Positions 1 to 11,306 of a stretch of DNA of 32,332 nucleotides are shown here, piece by piece. Below the pieces are notes generated by a model. It made no database searches, had not been told where the DNA came from, and saw only the letters and a program-made list of their open reading frames with translations. Source of the DNA: Octopus bimaculoides (Eukaryota). The stretch spans positions 15,807,274 to 15,839,605 of the forward strand of contig NC_068986.1 in NCBI RefSeq assembly GCF_001194135.2, read 5' to 3'. The position numbers and the translations under genes are program-made. Numbering within the stretch: position 1 is the stretch's first letter; every line of letters begins with the position of its first letter.

Positions 1-419
1 AATTTATCTCTTAAAAACATTTAACTCAACGGTAGACCACTGGTTTCTCAATCAAATACAGAAAAAACTGTGAAGTAACCTGTATTCTTTTGTTCATCAG
101 TACACGTATGGTTAAGATATATAAAAATAAACAAGAATCAACCAACCACGATGTAGCCATCACAGTAACGATGACTTTTGTTCACAATTATATATCCCTG
201 AAAGAGATTTGAATTTATCCAGTTGCATCTCGGTAACATGTGCTTATACAGAATGATATTCAACACTGAATATATTCTAATTATTTATAATATAATATAG
301 GGCCAGTTTCTGGTGTTCTTGCGGAAAAAAAGAAATTGACAATGTTACTTTGGTATTCGAGCAAAAAGTTTTCGTTCACCTTTATTTTTTAATTATGAAT
401 AAAATATTCCTATTTATAG

Positions 420-900
420 AAATTGGAATATTTTACGATTTTAGTTCAACGAAATTTTTCAAAAGGTGCACTACATGCTATGTTTCTAAGTCATAAGGCG
501 TTAATTTGTTGTTTATGTACTCTTCCCCTCTCATAATACCCAAAATTCCGGTTTTACGCATCTAATATTATTTGCATTCCGGGTACAGCACAGCAAATAG
601 AATTTCTCGATTTGCAAAAATTATTTACATTACTTATAAAAAATTAATAGTCGATTTGAAATGTGATTTGCTATCCTTCTTCAATCATATTGAGGAATGA
701 GAGTCAGCACATAGTTGAAATTGCTTTGATGTTGTCTTGATATAAATTTTGTTTTAGTTAGAAATTGATTTTAGCCTGGATGCTTGGTGTCCGCAGTAAA
801 TTATATAAAATTTCTTTCGTAGTTTGTCCATCTTCATGAACTCTTCTAGCATCAGCACATACCTGTTTGCTGTATTGAGAATGTTGTAATTTCTCCTGTT
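420..900 (-). pseudogene. possible heavily decayed LINE (L1/Tx1-like) AP-endonuclease remnant
   Basis: Hand translation of the minus strand across frameshifts gives IYCG...NFNYVL...LFAVLYPECK*Y. The spacing resembles the NIYAP / GDFNxVL / DxWRxxHP motifs. There are many stops, so the call is weak. Confidence 0.25.
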
Positions 901-1089
901 CTGGTAGAATATATAGAGTTGTCAGAATATATACACCAAAATGAATGATAGAAAATTGTTATTAAGAAGTAAGATGTTGATAGTTAATGAAAATAATTAG
1001 AAAATCAGAAAGTTATGTATTAATTATGAAACTTGAATTATGCATATAGCTTTTACGAATGTCTTCGAAAGTGCTCAGGTGATTAGAAA

Positions 1090-1240
1090 GATTTAAGATC
1101 TTAGCACAAGACCAGCAATTTCGGGCTGGGGGGAAATAGGTCAGTTACGGTCGACGACAACGGCGAAATTTGATTTCAGAAAGTAAAGACAGGCGAAATG
1201 CTGATAATCATTTTGCTCATGAATCTAATAGTACGCCTAC
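1090..1240 (-). mobile_element. degenerate tRNA-SINE, family IV (ggtcgataaaataagtacc type), internally deleted
   Basis: The reverse complement contains gcaaaatg..agcatttcgcctgtctttactttctgaaatcaaatttcgccg and aaattgctggtcttgtgcta, matching the copies at 22688 and 30377. Confidence 0.6.
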
Positions 1241-1351
1241 TTAAAGCGAATAAGCGTAAATTTACGATTGTATACATGTCTTTATAAGAAAGTTGTGGAC
1301 GTTAGTAAGATTGCAAACTTCTTAATATTTATATTTCAAATGATATCTCAG

Positions 1352-2272
1352 TTATAATTTCGTGTCAATATAATGTATATTGCGTCTGTTTCTTCTCTTG
1401 TGTTTGAAACACATTGTTTTTAGTATTTCACGAAATTTTTTGCTAACTATGAAATACAATACAAAGTTCAAACAATTATTCATTATAGCTAGCAGACCCA
1501 GTAATAATACAATGCCATCAAAGAAGCAATTGGAAAATATTACGAGAAAAAAATATATGGAAGAAGGAAATGTGGTAAACAAAAATACAAGATTTATAGC
1601 AATTACAATGTAAACTGTATTCCGATTTTGAGTTGCAACATTTCGAAGAGAATTCTGACCGAGGTTTGGTCGTTTGTGTAATTTATAAATCAATGTAACA
1701 GAGCTTACAGCTAAAACTACTGCAGGTATAAATGAATAAATGATCATAGAGAGCAGGAAAACATATTTGTAATTTTGTATTAGATTATATGTTACGATGT
1801 ATGCTACAACAACAGTTATAAGAAGACTGACGAGTACAATGTATGAGGTGAGGTTTATCTTAGAATAACTCCGGGAAAATGGGTTACAAACTGCCAAGAG
1901 CCGGTCAATAGAAATAGTGACAGTTATCCAGGAGGAATATATAAATAATACACAAATGAGCAGGTTGAGTGGATCATCGCCAAAGACTGATATGTTTGCG
2001 ATTGAATATTTCAAATAAAATGATACCCAAATGAACCTTGCAGAATATAACAAGATTAAAAAAGTATCGACAATAAGAAGACTAAGAAGATACGGATTAA
2101 TTTTAGATTGATGTATGGACTTCTTGCAAAATATTCCAATAGTTGTTAAATTGCCAATAATTCCAAAAGTTAACAATATTACTGAACCGTACCGCACAGA
2201 GTAAATGACACCATCATGTGTAATAGGAATTACGTAGTTACAGTTGTTAAATGTGGCTTCATTGAAATCCAT
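1352..2272 (-). CDS. intronless class A (rhodopsin-like) GPCR, 306 aa; orphan, FMRFamide-receptor/srw-like, candidate chemoreceptor
   Basis: Seven hydrophobic segments. TM1 GIIGN, TM2 LLIVD, TM3 YSSW..ISIDRLLAVCNP (DRY variant), TM5 YSFIP, TM6 FLFTTFP, TM7 NNCLNFVLY (NPxxY variant), helix 8 KKFREIL. The ORF is uninterrupted. Confidence 0.93.
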   Translation of the reverse strand: MDFNEATFNNCNYVIPITHDGVIYSVRYGSVILLTFGIIGNLTTIGIFCKKSIHQSKINPYLLSLLIVDTFLILLYSARFIWVSFYLKYSIANISVFGDDPLNLLICVLFIYSSWITVTISIDRLLAVCNPFSRSYSKINLTSYIVLVSLLITVVVAYIVTYNLIQNYKYVFLLSMIIYSFIPAVVLAVSSVTLIYKLHKRPNLGQNSLRNVATQNRNTVYIVIAINLVFLFTTFPSSIYFFLVIFSNCFFDGIVLLLGLLAIMNNCLNFVLYFIVSKKFREILKTMCFKHKRRNRRNIHYIDTKL

Positions 2273-3054
2273 TGTTACACATATATCAATAAATTTGGCA
2301 ATATTGATTATATTTAAGAAATATACACGGTAAAAAAAATAATAATAACAGGAATAACTTTATGTTGACGCACAAATATTAATTCACAGCGGTACTCCAG
2401 CTTGGTATAATTTTCTATGTGCATAGAGAGGTATGTGTATGGAGAGTGTGTGTGTATGTGTGTGTATGTATGTATATGCATATTAAGCACTTAAATCCAT
2501 GTAGTTGTAAGTTTGCCAATAACAATCATAAATAGAAAAACAAATCTGCTGTCATGACTGGAGTAAAATTTCAAATTTCCCGTGAAAGCCAAAGTCTAGG
2601 GGCGAACAAACCCTCCGTAAATGCAATATACATGATATTCTTAATAATCGTAGCTTAGCGTTCATTCCATTTTGTTTCATGAAGTATTCAAGACTATATA
2701 GGAGAGTCAACCAAATGTTCAGTGAGACTAATACAATATACAACATTGCACCATTGGTAGCTCCTGCATTTGCAAAGATGAAATATATATTTGTAATGAT
2801 GGCAGAGAGAAATAATGATGAATTAGTTATTAAAAGGTGATGTACGCAATTATGAAAATCAATCAATCCCATTTCTGTTTTCGTTGGGCGTGATGTGTGC
2901 ATTGTAGCTAGATCGAGTTGTTAAAAAAAATCTCAATGCTATGTACTCCTACTTTTGAGTGTAAATACTTAGATATATAGATTGCTAGATAGATTGTCAA
3001 GTATAAAGATCAGGAGATAGTAACATGAAGGGATTGGATAATTGGACAACAAGA

Positions 3055-3092
3055 AGTACGCATACACACACATACACACACACACACGCACG

Positions 3093-3150
<58 letters not shown>

Positions 3151-3330
3151 GATAGATAGATACACACATATATATATATATATGTTCGTGTGCATGCGCG
3201 CACGTGTGTGTATATGTGTAAATATATGTATGCGTGTGCATATATGTGTCTATGTATATATATATACTCCCACACACACATACACACACACACACACACA
3301 TGTGTATATATATATATACATATACATATA
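3055..3330. repeat. compound (CA)/(TA)/(GATA) microsatellite
   Basis: Directly visible. Confidence 0.95.
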
Positions 3331-3789
3331 TAGTTGAAATTTACAGAAAAATAAAAGACGAATGACAGGTGTATAAACAGCAAACAGCTTAACGCTCAGG
3401 AAGGGGAGAAAGTATTTTACGTTTCGAGCCTACGCTCTTCAACAGAAAGGAACACGAGGTAAAAAACACAGAAAATAATGAGACAATATATATATGGGCT
3501 AATTTGTGTGATGCATGGCTTTCCCGATAAACATTCTACTGAAGCTAGCAATATTATATTGGGTTGGTGCATAGTTGTTGCGGCTTTTTATTCAACCAAA
3601 ACAATAGCAACATGTAACAAAAACATATTTAAACGATTATTCCGGAGCATATTCACCATCTACATGGATTACTGCTTCCCATTTTCTTGGCACACAGTCA
3701 AACCGTCATTTAAAAATGTTCTTGTTAAATATTATTTGTTTTTGTTGAATTAAACTTCTTGAAATAAAAAAAAAAAAACAAGCCGCAAT

Positions 3790-4620
3790 AATTATACACC
3801 AACCCAATAGAACAAGGTCTTTTTCAGATGTACCGTTCAGCAGTTTTTTGTCATGTCAGTTTTGGAAGATATGTTCTCCCAGTAGTCACTCCAGGGCTCT
3901 TCTAACCCCGTTTCTTCACGCTTGATCTGTTTGTTTGCTACCTGAGTGCCTCCCCAAAATGATATTGTGTCATCCAATGGAGAGAAATCCCAAAACTTTA
4001 TGGTATCGCATTTTATATTGCGATACAGCGCTTCTGAGTTTGCCGCAAACTTGTGTTTAATAGATCAGTCGTAGAATTTTGTGCATTTATTTATAAAAAA
4101 ATTATTCATTTACTGTTCGAAGGTCATGTTTAAGAGGCATTCGTTTTCCCGTTTGTAGTATTTGTCGACATTTTGCATAAACTTTATATAATCTATTTGA
4201 AGGTTCAGTCGATGGCTTGGGATTTTACTATTCCCTTTGTGCCTGACAATAATGACTGGTGACCAATACATTTCCTAAATCTGTTGTGAGGCGTTTGGAT
4301 AAAGAACGAAGCCATTTCGGTTCTTCATTGTTGTTATGATCAAACTGCACAACACACATCCCTTGGTAAATGCTAATCATAACACAGTGTTCAAATGTTA
4401 CGAGTAATAATCTCTCCAAATTGTTCTTTGGCTACTTCAGTCCGTACGAGTAACATGTTGCCAGTCGGTTTTCTACTAATTCGGGTGATAATCGTTTTCT
4501 GATATAAATGTCTGTTAGTGCAAATGATGCAATTTTGTTTGAATTTTGCTAAGTGGTTTGTCATGTGTTTGTATTTTTCACTTGGGCACGCTTGTAATAA
4601 TGACCTCAACGCCATTTTGG
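3790..4620 (-). mobile_element. decayed non-LTR retrotransposon fragment, R4/Dong-like region upstream of the RT
   Basis: Minus-strand translation gives EPKWLRSLSKRLTTDLG and KHKFAANSEALYRNIK...DDTISFWGG. These resemble the PxWxxRLxxKIxxLRxDL and NxxFxxNxKxxYR...FW blocks of R4-clade ORFs. Stops are present. Confidence 0.45.
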
Positions 4621-4810
4621 ATATATTTATGTATACGTGTTTGTATGTGTGTCTGTGTATAAATATATATAAGTGTATATACATATATGTATATATGTGT
4701 ATATACATATATGTATACACACAGACACATATAAATACATACATATATATGTGTATGCATGCATGTGTTTGTGTGTGCGTATATGTGTGTGTATGTGTGT
4801 GTGTGTGTGT
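4620..4810. repeat. compound (TA)/(TG) microsatellite
   Basis: Directly visible. Confidence 0.95.
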
Positions 4811-5710
4811 AATCGGATAATAGTGAACAGTGTTGCCTTTCTTTTTATAAATAAGCTACACTGATGCGCTTCCTAAACATCAGAATTTATATCTCGAAGA
4901 ATAGAGAGCGACAGGGAGGGGAAGAAAAACAGGATATGGGAAAGAGAGAAAGATTAAAGAGTTTGACGTGTATACGTAGTAGATCTGGCGATCATTGTTT
5001 GACAATAATTGAAGGGAGATTTTCCGAGCCGGTTGCCTTTTATGATTGAAGCTATGGGAAAAGGGTTAATTGTTCTCTTGACATTATCCCTATACGCTTT
5101 ATTGTGTTCATTACTTAAACGTTCTACTACAAATATCAAACTTCGTGTAATGAGAGTAAAAATTTTGTTTAATCATACAGATCATAGATAATGATGTCGT
5201 TCTTTCTCTAACTAAAATGTGTAATCACCCGAAAAGATTAATGATAAAATATTTTATAAATATTAATTTCCTAATTTTCTCCTTACAAAGAAACATTTAT
5301 GCACAAAGACAGTCGTGTGTCTTTAGTAGTAAATTAGAACCAATAATATTAACAGTAAAATAAACATTCGATAAATGGTACACACGTAATATTATTAAGT
5401 ACAATCATTTTTAATAGCGAAAAATACCTGTATCATCAAATATCTGAGGATGGCCGAGAGTTCGAAATAAACGCACACTCTTCTTTTAGATTAATTGCTT
5501 CCACCAGTGGGATATAGCTATGCTACGGCAAAACCATCCGAACATTTACCATCCTCTTCTTTTTTTCTTGCGGTTGTTATGCAGTGAATAAAGGAATTAG
5601 AAACTGCTACTGACGAATGTATTCGTTGGCAGGATTTTGGCACATTGGCGATCATGGGTCGGACAATACCCGAGTCTTGGTTACGTATATTCGCATTCGT
5701 TGAATGATTT

Positions 5711-5971
5711 CAGTAACCATGATAAAACTCCGAGTTTCGGATGCCGAGACGAAACCCACGCCACCATCTCCATTGAGGATTGCTATGAAAATGACCGTTA
5801 AAGAAAGGGAAATTACTGTGTGGTTGACAGTTATTAAGAGAAAAGAGCTATTAGAATGACAGCTAAGTGAGGGAAAGGAGTGAGAGGTAAGGGACAATAC
5901 CATGAACATTTTTACTCCGGCGTGGGTTTCCGCCCCGGCATCCGAAACTCGGAGTTTTATCATGGCTACCG
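5711..5971. mobile_element. MITE, probably hAT-type
   Basis: TIRs of about 50 bp (5711-5762 and 5919-5971) starting CAGTAACC / CGGTAGCC. Flanked by aatgattt and aataattg, a 6/8 match consistent with an 8-bp TSD. Confidence 0.75.
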
Positions 5972-6002
5972 AATAATTGTCACACACACACACACGCACA
6001 CA

Positions 6003-6243
6003 CTCTTTTACTCTTTTACTCTTTTACTTGTTTCAGTCATTTGACTTCGGCCATGCTGGAGCACCGTCTTTAGTCGAACAAATCGACCCCAGGACTTATT
6101 CTTTGTAAGCCTAGTACTTATTCTATCGGTCTCTTTTGCCGAACCGCTAAGTTAAGGGGACGTAAACACACCAGCATCGGTTGTCAAGCGATGGTGGGGG
6201 ACAAACACAGACACACAAATACACATAAATATAAATATATATA
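6003..6243 (-). mobile_element. SINE family III, 3' half (head probably lies in the gap)
   Basis: (CTCTTTTA)3 tail followed by gtttcagtcatttgacttcggccatgctggagcacc...gtcgaacaaatcgaccccaggacttatt. A near-identical copy is at 26808-27020. Confidence 0.8.
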
Positions 6244-6345
6244 NNNNNNNNNNNNNNNNNNNNNNNNNNNNNNNNNNNNNNNNNNNNNNNNNNNNNNNNN
6301 NNNNNNNNNNNNNNNNNNNNNNNNNNNNNNNNNNNNNNNNNNNNN

Positions 6346-6437
<92 letters not shown>

Positions 6438-6572
6438 TGTGGATGCATGCTTATATGTATTCATTATCCTCTGTGTAATAACCTATTAACATGCATTTTT
6501 ATGGTTATTGGCTACAATACAGAACAGAAATAGACCTGGATCATATATAATTATATCATACAGTTTTTTGGC

Positions 6573-6845
6573 AGTCATTTTCGTAAGTTTGTCATTCGAT
6601 TTGATAATCGGGTCATTCAAAGTCGAGAAACAAAATTTAGCGCCATGAAATTAGTCAATTCAAATTCGTCATTCGGTCATTAAATTTCGCACTTTGGTAA
6701 AAAAATTTAGCATTTGCAAAATTCAAATTAAAATGCCCTTCGAGGGCATTCAAATTAGTCGGTATGCGAAGAAGCCTCTTCTCAAGCATTCAAATTCGCT
6801 TCGGTGTAATCTATTTAACACTTCGATCAATCAAATTAGCACACT
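6573..6845. repeat. degenerate array of a CATTCAAATT(C/A)G-like motif with an internal hairpin
   Basis: About 9 variably spaced motif copies. Perfect 8-bp stem AATGCCCT-tcg-AGGGCATT at 6732-6750. Confidence 0.55.
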
Positions 6846-7191
6846 AGCTCTTTTGGTTCTATCTCATCATCATTGTTATCATAATCATGTGTTTTCATCT
6901 ATTGCTTATGATTTAAGTACTCTGTAGTGCCCGTGTCTTCGCAATGTATTCTTTTATTATTACATGGTTACATGTATTTACTGTTAATCATTTCAGAAAA
7001 TCGTATTACAGTCTTTTCAATCTTTTTAAAGACACTCACAACAAAGAATGCTCATTTTCTTTCAGTTTGAATATATTATGTTGAGATATCTGTTCCTCCT
7101 TTGCATAATATATTTTGTTGGGATAAGTATATATTTCTTTGATTTTGTATTTTTTCTTTTATTGAGGAAATGGTGCTATGTACCTAAGATA

Positions 7192-7574
7192 GTGGAGGCG
7201 CAATGGCCCAGTGGTTAGGGCAGCGGACTCGTGGTCATAGGATCGCGGTTTCGATTCCCAGACCGAGCGTTGTGAGTGTTTATTGAGCGAAAACACCTAA
7301 AGCTCTACGGGGCTCAGGCAGGGGATAGTGGCGAACCCTGCTGTACTCTTTCACCACAACGTTCGTTCACTCTTACTTCCTGTTTCTGCTGTGCCTGTAA
7401 TTCAAAGGGTCAGCTTTGTTATACTGTGTCATGCTGAATATCTCCGAGAACTACGTTAAGGTTACACGTGTCTGTGGAGTGCTCAGCCACTTGACGTTAA
7501 TTTCACGAGCAGGCTGTTCCGTTGATCGGATCAACTGGAACCCTCGACGTCGTAAGTGACTGAGTGCCAACAAC
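7192..7574 (+). mobile_element. full-length tRNA-derived SINE, family I
   Basis: A box tggcccagtgg and B box ggtttcgattccc. TSD gtacctaagata / gtccctaagata (7180-7191 and 7575-7586). Paralogous copies at 18214 and 26377. Confidence 0.92.
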
Positions 7575-7589
7575 GTCCCTAAGATAATT

Positions 7590-8560
7590 ATTGATTTACA
7601 ATCTGGATAAGGAGACTTCGTCTAAGAGGATTTCGCCCTCTGTCTTCTGGCGGTTGAGGCAACTCGGGAGGTAGATCTGAGTGTGTCTATACAAATGAAC
7701 ACAACTTTCTGGAGTGATAGCGTCGACTTTATGCCTTACGAGCTGTTGTATGACAATTGCTCGAAATTGTCGCACATAAAATAGGCTGATTCATCCGCTA
7801 GAAATATGTTTGCGTATGTTCGGACTGTTCTCATCAAGAACTCCTCGAAAGACTGGTGAACCAGACCGAGTTCTCCCGACACTATCGGGAATATAGCAAT
7901 TATTGGATTATTATGCAGGAGACAAATACCACGGTCGATTATTACACCGTACCTCTTTTGCAGCTTTTTTTCCCACGCTGACGGTTGACAACTCAGTGAA
8001 TAGTAACGCCTCTAGGGGCTCATCCGAATGACCCCCTGATCCAAATGTTGTATCTACATTTATCAATGAATGCGCAATGGACGATGTCGTCTTCTTCCAT
8101 GAATCAATGCGCGTACTCATATCCAGAGTTCTTGGGACATTTGTTGCGTATGGGAAGTCTTCGACCAACTTCATAGTTATCACCATCCCATCTACTGCCC
8201 GTGAGACTGCAGACACAGAAACAGGCAACTTTCCGGGCAGTGATGCCTCTAAGTGCCTCTTCATCCGTTGAAGGGTTGTGAGGGGGTTGGCATCAATACT
8301 CACCTGAAGTCTGGCTCATATTTCCTCATCGGCCTTAACGTGGTGGTCACCTCCCCTGGGCAAATTGTGGCGCCATCCAGAAAGTAGGTAGGTCGCAACT
8401 ATAGATCGAGGACTACTTCTTTTAATGCCAAGGGTGTCTGACAGTTTCAGGTAATCGGTTTGATGTCCCTTGAAGTCGTCAACTAGCCTTGCCTTACCTT
8501 CGTCGGTATACGTATGTGCCTTCGCATGGCTCCATGATTGCAAATTGGTGTTAGAAAGGG
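7590..8560 (-). mobile_element. decayed IS630/Tc1-type transposase, interrupted by a GPCR fragment
   Basis: HTH region LSDTLGIKRSS..SIVATY..LPRGG..DEE..DANPLTTL..VSVSAVSRA..ITMKLVED.P..NVPRT. First catalytic Asp in FIDKCRYNIW (8062-8064), then RQRGKK. After the insert it resumes VSGELGLVH..FEEFL..YFMCDN (second Asp, 7769-7771). Confidence 0.8.
7883..7961 (+). pseudogene. 79-bp GPCR gene fragment (TM1-ICL1-start of TM2)
   Basis: Translates IGNIAIIGLLCRRQIPRSIITPYLFC versus IGNIAVIGLLCRKQMPRSNITPYLFC in GPCR2. Hand alignment to 13889-13967 gives 72/79 nt identity with no indels. Confidence 0.92.
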
Positions 8561-8779
8561 GGATAAAAAATGGCACTGATGCCGACCGGTTGCGAAGATT
8601 GCAATGAAAAAGATTTTCGAGGAGAGAAGAATCACCACATTTATTTTTTCCTTGTAAACATAAAATTTGCATTGCAAAACATGCCATTTACATTTGTCAT
8701 TTTCAACATTCACTTCATAGAATGTGAGTAAAAACACACATATATAATTATTGCTAAATTTAATAAAGTTATTCCGATG

Positions 8780-8782
<3 letters not shown>

Positions 8783-8865
<83 letters not shown>

Positions 8866-9359
8866 TATAACAAGATTAGAAGTGTTATCATGTGCATTGT
8901 TTTGTCTTGGTATAAAAGAGGGGCTTAATACCACAGATTTGCTTGGAAGTTGTTTGACCTTCAACAGTTGAGCATGTCCCTTGGGGTCTGATGATATGTG
9001 CATCTCCGATCATGAGCAGAAGTAGTGGGGGAGCATCATAGCCATATGTTAAGAGGAATTCTTTGGGGTTTGAATAATTCACTTTAGAAACATGGGTGTT
9101 TTGCTCAACATCCTTAAACAAACCTTATTCAGGGACCTTTTGAGCAGGATGGGCTACTCGACCTGAAGAAAATTCTAACTGGGCTCCACCTGCGAGGTCA
9201 TGCGCTGTTTATCTTGATATGAGATCACCATGTCGCGCACATATGGTTATGATGCATGTGCCTGGTGTACCCTTATCAGACTGGTAGTCAGGATGGGTAT
9301 ATTCGGCTTCGTACATTTTACCCCAGTGTCAATTTGATGATATGCATTGCTCTCTCACT
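8783..9359 (+). mobile_element. (AAT)n run plus body of a long tRNA-SINE (family V); no head recognisable
   Basis: The body (8873-9359) closely matches 11415-11930. Confidence 0.8.
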
Positions 9360-9459
9360 NNNNNNNNNNNNNNNNNNNNNNNNNNNNNNNNNNNNNNNNN
9401 NNNNNNNNNNNNNNNNNNNNNNNNNNNNNNNNNNNNNNNNNNNNNNNNNNNNNNNNNNN

Positions 9460-9707
9460 TAGTGACCGTGTTGGTAGTGGTAAACGAGAGTGACCGCTGT
9501 CCATGGAAGCAGCAGTAGTTAATTGGTTGTAGTAGTAGAGGTGGAAGCAGCAGCTGTAGTAGCAGCAGCAGTGGAAGCAGCAGTAGTAGTTGTGACGGTA
9601 ATAGCAGCAGTAGCAGAGACTGTTGGTCGTAGTAGTAGTAGTGGTGACCGTAATAGCAGTAGCAGCAGCGACTGTTGGTCGTAGCAGTAGTAGTAGTAGT
9701 AGTAGTG
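9460..9707. repeat. GTA/GCA-rich minisatellite (continues at 10526-10620)
   Basis: The unit gtgaccg..agcagtagcagagactgttggtcgtagtagtagt recurs on both sides of the TIR element. Confidence 0.8.
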
Positions 9708-10525
9708 ACGGATCTATTTTAAAACGGGGGCGCCAGTATTTTCTTAACGAAACACAAACGAAACACTTTGAAACTTGGGGCACTAGTAGAATGTGTCATA
9801 TAAAACATCTTTTACTCTTAGTCTTCTTAACAAAATAAAAAAGGAATTCGCAAGTTATTCCATGTTAAAGTTGTCGTATTTCTGTAATTTCAACCAATCA
9901 CTGACGTCTATTCAGTTCAAGAGAGTTACTGCTGGGCGGTCATAAAAATGTTATTCCCTGTGACATATTTCATCCGGTTTAATCGTAATTTATAAGCATA
10001 TATTGTCTATGTNNNNNNNNNNNNNNNNNNNNNNNNNNNNNNNNNNNNNNNNNNNNNNNNNNNNNNNNNNNNNNNNNNNNNNNNNNNNNNNNNNNNNNNN
10101 NNNNNNNNNNNNNNNNNNNNNNNNNNNNNNNNNNNNNNNNNNNNNNNNNNNNNNNNNNNNNNNNNNNNNNNNNNNNNNNNNNNNNNNNNNNNNNNNNNNN
10201 NNNNNNNNNNNNNNNNNNNNNNNNNNNNNNNNNNNNNNNNNNNNNNNNNNNNNNNNNNNNNNNNNNNNNNNNNNNNNNNNNNNNNNNNNNNNNNNGATAT
10301 ACACCGTTACAGCGCTAACTGTTTTCAACTGAATAGACGTCAATGATTAGTAGAAATTATCGAAATAAGACAATTTTTTACATGAAATAAATTCGAATAC
10401 AAAAATATTTTTCTGTTCTATAACATAAAATAGATAAGTATACGAAGTTTGAAAGTCTTTCGGTACCCAAAACACTACATAAAACATAAATGAAAACTGG
10501 CTCCCCCATTTTAAAATAGATCCGT
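9708..10525. mobile_element. non-autonomous TIR DNA transposon
   Basis: 30-bp TIRs acggatctattttaaaa(c/t)ggggg(c/a)gccagt with 28/30 identity. Internal inverted tgacgtctattcagtt / aactgaatagacgtca. AGTG on both flanks. Contains an N gap. Confidence 0.85.
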
Positions 10526-10721
10526 AGTGACCATCATAGCTGCAGTAGCAGAGACTGTTGGTCGTAGTAGTAGTAGTAGCGGGAGTGCTGTTTGCAGTAG
10601 TAGTAGCAATGGTGGTGGAGTTGTAGGATTCTTTTTTTTCTTTTTTGGATAACCAATATATGATTTTAATGTTACTGGTCCAGGGTATTTAAACTTGGTC
10701 CGAATTTTCTAATAAAATGAA

Positions 10722-11280
10722 GCTCTTTCTGTTTAGCCAAAATGATTTGCACCATAGTGTCAGACACAAACACCCGACGCACATCTCCCGGAACTCAGAG
10801 CTACACTCAAAAGTAGGAATTATCAACAACCACTAATAGACAATACAATCCAATGAGCACTTACATTAAATATAAAACACCTGAGACAACCAAAACCAAA
10901 AAGGGATGAAAAATTAAAAACCCTACCCTACATCTCTACTCACAACCCACTTAACAACGAGGCCTTCAACACCATATTCCAAAATATAGCCCTACTCAAG
11001 GGAGACCCAAAGATGAACGAAAGCCTCCAAACGTAAACAATCATAAAAAGCAAACGACAACCAACATCTTTAAAGAAGATTTTAACACAGGCTAAACTGC
11101 ACCCAATAACATGTGAGATGAAGTTAAAATAATAGAGAACACCACTGGAAAATATGGAAACTAAAAGAAGCAGCACATATGCTAGGACACAACAACCTCT
11201 TAAGTAGGCCGAGTGCAGATATGAATAGCATATGGGAACTTGTATTAAGGAAGGATAGGAGAATATTAGATCTATAGGCC
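10722..11280 (+). mobile_element. Penelope-like element fragment (post-RT linker fused to the GIY-YIG C-terminus)
   Basis: LAKMICTIVSD...ELRATLKSRNY...TLPYISTHNP.NNEAFNTIFQN...KRQPTSLKKILTQAKL, then DEVKII..HWKIWKLKEAAHMLG..LLSRPS..MNSIWE. Confidence 0.75.
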
Positions 11281-11306
11281 CTAAAATTCACTCCATAAGT
11301 ACCCAC

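Noticed and set aside
7192-7265. tRNA-like heads here and at 11307, 17400-17474, 18214 and 26660-26731
   Set aside because: They are SINE heads followed by SINE bodies, most with TSDs, not tRNA genes.
7640-7980. Plus-strand frame MNTTFWSDSVDFMPYELLYDNCSK... in frame with the GPCR fragment, resembling a third receptor's N-terminus
   Set aside because: It is the antisense of the transposase, contains two stops, and shows no similarity to either receptor outside the 79-bp insert.
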